DNA of 64,000 bases from Podarcis erhardii (Eukaryota), in NCBI GenBank assembly GCA_964252035.1, contig OZ176202.1; one strand, 5' to 3'. A program made the translations under genes and the position numbers. Every line of letters starts with the position of its first letter. Position 1 is the first letter of the stretch. Positions 35,884-45,070 of this stretch are shown here, piece after piece. The notes under the pieces were generated by a model that saw only the letters and a list, made by a program, of their open reading frames with translations, made no database searches and was not told where the DNA came from.

Positions 35884-38662
35884 AATAATAATAATAATAA
35901 TAATAAATTTTATTTATATCCCGCCCTCCCCAGCCGAAGCCGGGCTCAGGGCGGCTAACAACACTAAAACAGTACAACATTATAAAACATTATAAAAATG
36001 GATTAAAATGAATTAAAATCAAAATTGATGGCAACCATAAACTAAAGTTTTGTAAAGATTGCCAGAGGAGGGAGTCAGGCTGCGCCCTGACCAAAGGCCA
36101 GGTGGAACAGCTCTGTCTTGCAGGCCCTGCGGAAAGATGTCAAGTCCTACAGGGCCCTTGTCTCTTGTGAGAGAGCGTTCCACCAGGTTGGAGCCGCAGC
36201 CGAAAAAGCCCTGGCTCTAGTTGAGGCCAGCCTAACCTCTCTGTGGCTTGGGACCTTCAAGATGTTTTTATTTGAAGATCGTAAGTTCCTCTGTGGGGCA
36301 TACCAGGAGAGGCGGTCCCGTAGGTACGAGGGCCCTAGGCCGTATAGGGCTTTGAAGGTTAAAACCAGCACCTTAAACCTGATCCTGTACTCCACCGGGA
36401 GCCAGTGCAGCTGGTATAGCACCGGATGAATGTGATCTCTAAGCGAAGACCCCGTAAGGAGTCTCGCTGCAGCATTTTGCACCCGCTGGAGTTTCTGGGT
36501 CAGTCTCAAGGGCAGCCCCACGTAGAGCGAGTTACAATAATCCAGTCTGGAGGTGACCGTCGCGTGGATCACAGTGGCTAGGTCGGGGCGTGAGAGGTAA
36601 GGAGCCAACTGCTTAGCTTGGCGGAGATGAAAGAATGCCGCCTTTGTTATAGCTGCAATCTGCGCCTCCATAGAGAGGGAGGTATCGAAGATTACACCCA
36701 AACTCTTAACGGACGGTGCTGGCACTAATTGCACCCCCGCAAGAGATGGGAGTTGCCCCCTCAGCCCCCTGTCGTCCCGTCCCAGCCAGAGGACCTCTGT
36801 CTTCGAAGGATTTAACTTCAGCCGGCTCCCACGTAACCATCCAGCCACAGCCTCCAAGCATCTGATCAGTGTGTCTGGGGCAGAGTCCGGGTGGCCGTCC
36901 ATCAACAGATAGAGTTGGGTGTCATCAGCATACTGATGGCAGCCCAGCCCAAAACTCCGGACAAGCTGGGCGAGGGGGCGCATAAAGATGTTAAAAAGCA
37001 TTGGGGAGAGTATTGCACCCTGGGGCACGCCACACACCAAGGAGTGGCGGGATGACAATTCCCCCCCAAGCGCCACCCTCTGTCCCCGACCGGAGAGAAA
37101 CGAGCGCAGCCATTGAAGGACTGTGCCCTGGATCCCCACGTCGGCAAGGCGGTGGTCCAGGAGTTCGTGATCGACCATGTCGAAGGCTGCTGACAGGTCT
37201 AGAAGAATCAGCAGCCCCGACCCGCCTCGATCCAGCTGCCTGCGGAGGTCATCTGTTAGGGCGACCAGAGCCGTCTCAGTCCCATGACCAGCGCGGAAGC
37301 CGGACTGGAATGGATCCAGAGCCGATGTTTCATCCAGAAACCTACCAAGCTGTTCAGCAACCGCTCTCTCAATCACCTTACCCAGGAATGGAAGATTCGA
37401 AACCGGGCGGTAATTGGATAGATCTAAGGGATCTAATGATGTTTTCTTTAAGAGCGGGCGCACCACTGCCTCCTTCAGTTCCCCTGGGAATGTCCCGGTG
37501 CCAAGGGACAGATTGATGATATCCCCCAGGGGGGCCCGCACCTCGTCTGGACACGCTCTAATCAGCCAGGACGGGCACGGGTCGAGAGGACATGTGGTGG
37601 GCTTTCCAGCTCGGAGGAGTCTGTCCACATCGGCTGGGGATATCCGGTCAAAGTGGTCCAATACTGGACCCGAGGACAGTCGAGGGGCCTCCAGTTCCTT
37701 TATTGTATCCAAATTGGCAGGGAGGTCATGGCGGAGCAACAAGACCTTCTCCGCAAAAAAGCTCGCAAATGCCTCACAGCTGTGTGTCAAATTGTTATTT
37801 AAATTTGGCTGTCCTTCGAGGGACGTTAAAGGCCGAATTATACTAAATAATTGCGCCGGGCGAGAGCTAGCGGATGCAATGGAGGCCGAGAAGTAAGACT
37901 TCTTAGCGGCCTTCACTGCCATCTCATAGGTTTTCATAAAAACCCTATAAGATGTTCTTGAGGCTCCGTCACGGGCACCCCGCCATACTCGCTCTAGCCG
38001 TCTGAGGTCCCGCTTCATTTTCCGGAGCTCCTCGGTAAACCAGGGAGCCCGGTTTCTGCGGGGTCGCAGAGGGCGCTTAGGTGCGATCTCATTGATGGCT
38101 GCCAGGAGCTGGGTATTCCAGGCCTCAACAAGCTCAGTCAATGAGTCGCCAGGGGGAGAAAGGTCCCGCAAGGCTTGACGGAATCTATCAGGGTCCATCA
38201 GCCTTTGCGGGCGAGCCCAAATTGGCTCGCCACCCAAGCAGGGTGGGGGTGGAACGTCAATCCTGGCTTTCAGGGCATAGTGATCAGACCATGGCACCTT
38301 CATCGAAGGAAACATGATCACATCTATACCGATGCCAAAGATCAGATCCAGCGTGTGGCCTGCTTGATGTGTGGGGCCCGAAACAAACTGGGAGAGCCCT
38401 AGTGTCGCCATGGAAGACACCAGGTCCAGAGCCTGCAAGGAGGGAGTGGCATCAGCATGGATGTTGAAGTCCCCCAATACCAATAGGTTAGGGAACTCCA
38501 AGGCCCAGCCGGCCACCGCCTCCAGCAGGCCTGACAGGGTGGCTGCTGGTGCGCTGGGTGGCCGGTACACCAGCCAGACAGCCAAGCTCACCTCGGAGCC
38601 CCACACTAGGCCAACACATTCAATGCCGGGGATCGATGGCGATGGTAGAGCCCTGAAAGGAC
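35884..38662 (-). mobile_element. 5'-truncated L2-clade LINE, young copy
   Basis: ORF2 homology, 3'UTR, stem-loop and (TTA)n tail at 35884-35906. Confidence 0.93.
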
Positions 38663-38747
38663 AAATAAAAGGACATATTCTACTCATGTAAAAACACGCT
38701 GATTCCCGGACTGTCTGTGGGCCAGATTGAGAAGGCGATTGGGCCAC
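36147..38747 (-). CDS. L2 ORF2: C-terminal half of the APE endonuclease plus complete reverse transcriptase (retrotransposon ORF, not a host gene)
   Basis: Motifs LGDFNIH, HTLDLIF, SDH (APE); NYRPVSNL, QSGFR, LLDLSAAFD, GVPQG, YADD, LNPSKTE (RT); SRLDYCN, HWLPV (C-terminus). The first ~28 codons come from the MITE. Confidence 0.9.
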   Translation of the reverse strand: MAQSPSQSGPQTVRESACFYMSRICPFICPFRALPSPSIPGIECVGLVWGSEVSLAVWLVYRPPSAPAATLSGLLEAVAGWALEFPNLLVLGDFNIHADATPSLQALDLVSSMATLGLSQFVSGPTHQAGHTLDLIFGIGIDVIMFPSMKVPWSDHYALKARIDVPPPPCLGGEPIWARPQRLMDPDRFRQALRDLSPPGDSLTELVEAWNTQLLAAINEIAPKRPLRPRRNRAPWFTEELRKMKRDLRRLERVWRGARDGASRTSYRVFMKTYEMAVKAAKKSYFSASIASASSRPAQLFSIIRPLTSLEGQPNLNNNLTHSCEAFASFFAEKVLLLRHDLPANLDTIKELEAPRLSSGPVLDHFDRISPADVDRLLRAGKPTTCPLDPCPSWLIRACPDEVRAPLGDIINLSLGTGTFPGELKEAVVRPLLKKTSLDPLDLSNYRPVSNLPFLGKVIERAVAEQLGRFLDETSALDPFQSGFRAGHGTETALVALTDDLRRQLDRGGSGLLILLDLSAAFDMVDHELLDHRLADVGIQGTVLQWLRSFLSGRGQRVALGGELSSRHSLVCGVPQGAILSPMLFNIFMRPLAQLVRSFGLGCHQYADDTQLYLLMDGHPDSAPDTLIRCLEAVAGWLRGSRLKLNPSKTEVLWLGRDDRGLRGQLPSLAGVQLVPAPSVKSLGVIFDTSLSMEAQIAAITKAAFFHLRQAKQLAPYLSRPDLATVIHATVTSRLDYCNSLYVGLPLRLTQKLQRVQNAAARLLTGSSLRDHIHPVLYQLHWLPVEYRIRFKVLVLTFKALYGLGPSYLRDRLSWYAPQRNLRSSNKNILKVPSHREVRLASTRARAFSAAAPTWWNALSQETRAL

Positions 38748-39760
38748 ATCCGGCCCCTGGGCCTTAGGTTGCCTACCCCTGCTCTATGTTAAGAGGCGCT
38801 ATACATTTAAAAAGTGATGCTGGAGACACACACGTAGGAGAGCTGCTGCTTTCGTGCCCTACTTGGAAGCTTCCCAGAAGCACCTGGCTGGTCATTGTCA
38901 GAAGGAGAAGATTGGATTACATCAGGAATAGGAAGCCGTGGCCTTCCAGATGTTATTAGACTCCTGTCAGCCCCAGCCAGCATGACCAATAGTCAGGGAT
39001 TATGAGAGCTGCAATCCAGTAACACCTGGAGGGCCACAGTTTCACCATCTCTGCACTAGATTGACTTTGGCTCTGCTTTGTTCTAGCAAGGCTTTTCTTA
39101 CATTCCTATCTACAATGTTCCTGTATCAGCCCACTTATCTTACCTTAATGCTGAGTGCTTCTGATCACATGGACAGTTTTCTTGCCAGTGATGGCTATTC
39201 CTGGAGGTGATGAATCAAGCGGTATGGAATCTCTCCCCTGCATTCTAGAGAATTCTCTGGATACTATGCAGGTGAAATAAAGTTAGAATTGGTCCTAAAA
39301 CAAACTGTTTTGGAATTTTGAGATTAACATCCGCATCATACATTCAGAATATTTTTATACCACTTCAACAATCACTGCTCCCGCCAAAGAATCCTGGGAA
39401 ATAAAGTGTGTTAAGGGTGCTGACCTCACAGATTTCGAATTCTCAACACCCTTCAACACACTATTGTTCCCAGATTCATCCATGGCAGTTAAAGTGGCAC
39501 AAGAGCACTTTAAACACATGGTGTGAATATGTCCCAACAGAACTGGAACTGTAAGAAATTGAGAGAGATTAAGATGCAGTTCAGGGGTATCTTACCCAGC
39601 TTCTGCCATGATTTATTTGTTGTCTGAGGGTTTAACCAAATGTGAGATAGAAACTGCATTTATTGATAAAACCAAAGGAAACCTTTAGCAAGGCCAACAA
39701 CAATTGCGACTGCATAATTAGAGTTTGGCTGCAGTCCTGAATCTTTTGAAGCTGTTGATC

Positions 39761-39851
39761 CATAGCTGTCAACTTTTCCCTTTTCTTACGAGGAATCCTA
39801 TTCGGAATAAGGGAATTTCCCTTTAAAAAAAGGGAAACGTTGGCAGCTATG
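39761..39851. mobile_element. 91-bp hAT MITE
   Basis: TIR catagctgtcaac / gttggcagctatg (12/13), perfect 8-bp TSD tgttgatc (39753-39760, 39852-39859). Confidence 0.9.
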
Positions 39852-40729
39852 TGTTGATCCCATTCAGTAGATTTAAGAAGTCTGTGTGTAGGATTGCCAC
39901 CACCCGTCTCTCCTTGCGCTGACAGTGCTTTCCATTTTTAACACTATCTTTAACTGCTTTGCCAGTGGGCCGTTTATTTCCTTCCACAACCTGACCTGTT
40001 AAGTTTTGCACAAAGGGCTCACTGACATTTGGTCAGTGTCTCTCGCATGATAAATCCTATTTGCTTGGCTGTGAGCATATGTATTCATTTGTACTTGGCA
40101 TCTGGTTGTCTTTGCCACTTTAATTTTTGCAGCAGATGTTAATACAGGACTGTTGTTATTGAATGTATGCAAGGTTTGCTGATGCACTCTATTCTTTTTC
40201 CGGCAAATCCTCCTGCTCAGTTTCTCCCACCACCTTTTTTTGCAGGTGGCAGGAGAGAGACACTTCCTGCTCTCAAACTTTTTATTCAAAACATCCGGTG
40301 CATCCAGCAACCCTAAGAAGAAGTTTTTGAATAAAGGTTAGGAAAAAAGGGAAGACTCTTATTTCTTTCGGGCTGTGTTGGGATCACCATTAACAATCTT
40401 TGTTTTATACGCCCCATGAAAACTTTGAGGCACATTGGCAGGATGTGGTAGTTTTTGCCCACTGTGAGTGAGCACTGAAGAGAGATTTGACAGCAGGGCT
40501 GAGGGACCAACTCTCATTTTGCTCCTCTCCTCCCAAAACGGTTTACATCCAAGTTTGTCTTCATATAATAACTGCTGTAAAATGTTTCAGAACTTGTAGC
40601 TGCCCATAGACCTAGTTTCTTATCACCTTCCTATCTCTTTTTTTAATGGTTTTGCAGTGTCTTTTAGGTAGTAAGCCTACGAACAGGGACTGCCTTGTTT
40701 TTAATCTGTGTACAGTGCTTAGTAAATGT

Positions 40730-41080
40730 TAGAATCAAAGAATTGTAGGCTTGTCCAAACCCTTGCAATGCAGGAATCTGCAATGCATCTGACCTCTGCT
40801 TAAAAACCACCAATGAAGGAGACTCCACAACCTCCTGAGGGAGGCCATTCCGATGCTGAACAGCCCTTAAGGTCAGAAAGATCTTCCTGATGTTTAGTGG
40901 GAAACTGCTTTCTTGTAACTTGAAGCCATTGGTTCAAGTTCTACCCTCCAGAGCAGGAGAAAACAAGCATGCTCCCTCCATGTGACAGCCCTTCAGATAT
41001 TTGAAGACGGCCATCATATCTCCTCTCAGTCTCCCCTTTTCCAGGCTAAACATACCCATCTCCTCATAAGGCTTGGTTTT
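40730..41080 (-). mobile_element. CR1 LINE 3' fragment, decayed
   Basis: tagaatc...gaattgtag tail and the gacagcccttcagatatttgaagac...ccaggctaaac body typical of sauropsid CR1. Confidence 0.7.
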
Positions 41081-41739
41081 ATAAATTATTATTGTGATTA
41101 GGATGATGATAATCCATGCCCTAGATAACCATTCAAAGATGGTTATTTCCTTCTGTTATAAAAAAAAGATCAAATACCTCCTATGGCATGGACAGCTAAA
41201 GCAGAATGCTCTGTTTATATATCAGGCAGATTTGAGGCTTAATTGTTCTTTGTGGGATTAACTTTTTTTCTTTTATTGGAAACTTTATGCATTTATTTAA
41301 AGATTCTTAATGTCCTAACCTCATAAGCACCTAAGCTTTAATTTTGCACATGAGAAGAAAATTCTGACCCTAATAAAGCAGAGTACAGAAACCACTCAAT
41401 ATCTCCTTATCTTTGAACTACCAGAGTTTGTTTGAACATTTCCCTTAAATCTTCAAAAGGAGCTTATATCAAAAGGGACTTATTTGAATAGCTAAGGTCC
41501 TCCTAGCCAAATGCCATGGGTTTCATGCCTTTATTCTTCTCTCTTTTCCCCTTCTTTTTCATGTGTCTGTTTTTCTCATTCATACTTAAAACACTTCAGG
41601 AAGTTAATAACTGTACAGTGTGTGATAAAACATTTAACTTTAAACACATGGTAGTCTTGAACTTGTTCATCCCAAATCCATATTTCATGCAAGTAAAGAT
41701 CCTTATGCAATCAATTAACAAGCTTAGGTGTATCTCATA

Positions 41740-41815
41740 GACTCATAGAATTGTAAAGTTGGAAGGGACCCCGAGGTTCATCAGGCCCACCCCACTGCAA
41801 TGCAGGAATCTCAAC
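41740..41815 (-). mobile_element. CR1-tailed SINE/CR1 3' end fragment
   Basis: catagaattgtaaagttggaagggacccc...ctgcaatgcaggaatc is the reverse complement of the 13570-13718 element tail. Confidence 0.6.
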
Positions 41816-42164
41816 ATGCGGTCGGACATCCAATTTGAAACCATACCAGATCCTGCTTAGCTTTGCAACTGTGAAATTATGGTTAAATAATGGAGGTTTC
41901 ACAGTGCTTGCCTCTTCCAACTGCTTATTAGTTGTCCAGTAAAGGTACAAATATACCAACACCTTGTCTGTTTTTTTTTTAACAGACAAAAAACCTTTTA
42001 TTATAAGAAACAAACAATATTCCAAAATAGCACGTACTGCACAAACACACCTAAACAGTATTGCCATACATAACAGTGCATGATGATATCAAAACCCAGG
42101 TGCAGGTATTATATTTTTGTATTTCTCTGACATTTAGATAATTTGGGGGGCTATCCTTAAAAGT

Positions 42165-42554
42165 TGTCTTTGTCCATGGAGTTTTCTTGGCAGGGATACT
42201 GGAGTGGCTTGCCGGTTCCTCCTCCAGGGATACTGGAGGGCAGGGATACTGGAGTGGCTTGCCGGTTCCTCCTCCTCACTGGAAGGACAGATCGTGAAGC
42301 TGAGGCTCCAATACTTTGGCCACCTCATGAGAAGAGAAGACTCCCTGGAAAAGACCCTGATGTTGGGAAAGATGGAGGGCACAAGGAGAAGGGGACGACA
42401 GAGGACAAGATGGTTGGATAGTGTCTTCGAAGCTACAAACATGAGTCTGACCAAACTGCGGGAGGCAGTGGAAGACAGGAGTGCCTGGCGTGCTCTGGTC
42501 CATGGGGTCACGAAGAGTCGGACACGACTAAACGACTAAACAACAACAACAACC
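42165..42554 (+). mobile_element. Short RTE-BovB copy: putative 5'-terminal sequence joined to the 3' end
   Basis: 3' part translates to the RTE C-terminus (LQYFGHLMRR...GRQRTRWLD...WRALVHGVTKSRTRL), (CAA)n tail, perfect 12-bp TSD atccttaaaagt (42153-42164, 42555-42566). Confidence 0.9.
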
Positions 42555-44036
42555 ATCCTTAAAAGTAGCATTAACCAACACAGGACTCATGTCTTTTTAA
42601 ATGTATGTATGATGCATGGTCACAAATCAAATTTCATTATTTCTAAGTTGGGTTGAATTCTAGCCTTGTTGCACTAAAATTTACTGAGTAAACAGAAGCT
42701 GGTTTACCTTTTGTCTGTAATGTGCAAATTGAAAACAGAATACGATTTAAATACACAAACATACAATCAATTTCAATAATTTTAGACTGCAATTGTATAT
42801 GTATATACCTTGGAGTCAGCCTGATTTTATACAGTCTTGAGTTAACATGTAGACTTCCACTGTTAGAAGTGCATAATATTCAAATAAACTATTTCAAAAG
42901 TGGGCAGTCTTTACTATGGACCAGGATACATGCCAGTAAGTTGCTGTTCTATATATTTTAAGAAAGCTGGGAAACAGTGCTAACTGGGTGCATTTAGTAA
43001 GCCAACGGAATTGATTCATAATTTGTTCAAACCATTGTGTGATTGCAATTAAAATGCTATCTCTGTCTTAAAAAAACAACCCTTCCATGTTGTATTTTTG
43101 GAAGAGAGACCACAGCATCATGAATGCACATTTGCTTTCTGTAGTTACCATTTGTTAATTGTATTTGCGCAATTACTAATCTAGGTACTGTTTATACATT
43201 AATGCCACTTAAAACTTTGCAGTGGAGATTACGCAGTGTGGTGCAAAGGTCTTCAGGAAAAAAAATATTGTGTGAGGATGGGTACATATCAGATATCATT
43301 GTATTTTAAAAGCCTAGTAGGCCTGCAGGCCATGTCAATGGTGCACATTGTTATTGGCAAAAGGCATGAATTACAGATCTCCACAGCAAAGGCAGAAACG
43401 GTGAACTTGCTTGAGTTGACAAAGACAAGTTTCTTCAGCTTGTATTGACCCTTTCTTTCCCTGGGGAAAAAAAACAATCTGTGCACCCCCCTCTTATGCT
43501 AAGTAGTCTGCCAGTAGGGTTGGCAGGGATCCAGTGCCAATGTCTGACTGGTGTCAAGCACCTGCTTAAGTTCGTTTCCTCATTTGCGTAGAAGCGGGGA
43601 AATCACCCTAATAAGCAGGGATGCATATATTAAGAAACGAGAACACAGAAAGACTGGAAGGGTCAGAACAAAAAATAAACTGTCAGGGAACCCTGGGCTT
43701 TCAGGGGGGTTGTTAGGCCCTATCTTGTCTGTGTCTGCCCTAAAATCCTATTCATGAGCAGCCATCCATTCAAAATGTGAATATGAAACTAGAAATTCAG
43801 AACTCCATCCACCAGAAACTGAGGGTGATTCAGGAATATGGCTTTGCTTCAGCTGCCATGAAAATAGAAGTTATATTGTGCAGGCACTTTTCATCCTTGC
43901 CCTGATTGTTAACTAATATATTGAGACGAAAGGTAATGTGCTGTAAGGGTGTGGGAAAAAGGCAGAGGGATTTCTTAATCTGGTTGATGTAGGAAGTGGG
44001 TGTCTATAAGGCTTGTTGGAAGCCAAGCATCTAAAC

Positions 44037-44169
44037 CAGGCTTCCTCAACCTTGGACCTCCAGCTGTTTTTGGCCTACATGAACTCCCATGATCCCTAGC
44101 TAGCAGGACCAGTGGTCAGGGATGATGGGAATTGTAGTCTCAAAACATCTGGAGGGCTGAGGAAGCCTG
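44037..44169. mobile_element. hAT-type hairpin MITE
   Basis: Termini caggcttcctc / gaggaagcctg, TSD atctaaac / ttctaaac (7/8), same core as 26957-27092. Confidence 0.8.
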
Positions 44170-44818
44170 TTCTAAACAATAAAGAGCAGGTTACTGACTG
44201 ACAAAGTTGTCATATTTAGGGAATTTATGACTTCATCTTTTATGGGCTACCTGGGCTGAAAGGGGTCAACTGCAGCCTTCCCAGGAAAAAAAACAACCAA
44301 CCTGGAATTAACCCCACAAGAAAGACACTGACTTTATCCATTCAACATGGTAAGCCAAACTATTATTGGTACCATGCAAATGTGCAGGCTCCCTGAAAGG
44401 AGCTTGCTTTCTCTCTGGTCCTTTGGGCTGCTGCAACACCCTTGAACTAAGCCAAGGTTTGGCTTAGCGTGTAATCAAAACACTGGCCCATGGCTAAGCT
44501 CTCTCTTGGCTAATTTATGAGCTACAGTGAAGAACAAACCATAGCTATAGCTCATGGTTAGAGAAGAGAAAGCACGAGCCCAGTTTGGATGGTATCCTAA
44601 TCCACACCTTAGCATGGCATTGTAGTCTGTTAATTATTTATTTCATAAAATCTATTTACTGCTAGATTGTAGAAAAAACCCCTTAAAATTATTGATTATG
44701 ATTTGGTGTTTAATAAGTTGAGGAGGAGTTGAGGAGAAGGGAGGAGCGAGAGAAAAGAGGCAGAAAGGAAAACATGCTGAAAATGTGACTGGAATAAGCA
44801 CTATCTCCTTCAGCATTA

Positions 44819-45070
44819 CAGTCATACCTCATGTTATGTTTGCTTCAGGTTGAGCGTTTTCAGGTTGCGTCCCATGGTGAACCGGAAGTACGGGAAAGGG
44901 TTACTTCTGGCTTTCGCCGCTCACACATGTGCAGGCGTGCAAAATGACATCATGCGCATGCGCAGAAGTGGCGAATTGTGACCCGTGCACGCACAGACGT
45001 GGTTTGTGTTCTGCTCATGTTGCGAATGGGCCTCTGGAACGGATCCCGTTCGCAACCAGAGATACCAGTG
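44819..45070. mobile_element. Tigger-like MITE, family A (opposite orientation to 1354-1592)
   Basis: ta-cagtcatacctc start, gagataccagtg-ta end. The right end is the reverse complement of the left part of the 1354 copy. Confidence 0.8.

Larger units (their letters stand above)
35752..38781. mobile_element. hAT MITE (about 250 bp) split by an L2 insertion: left part 35752-35888, right part 38663-38781
   Basis: 16-bp TIR caggggtcagcaacct / aggttgcctacccctg (14/16), 8-bp TSD ctctttgt / ctctatgt (7/8). The two halves rejoin at aaataa. Confidence 0.85.

Noticed and set aside
36118-38691. Several 75-171 aa ORFs antisense to or out of frame with the L2 ORF
   Set aside because: Codon-bias shadows of the GC-rich RT ORF; no independent homology recognised.
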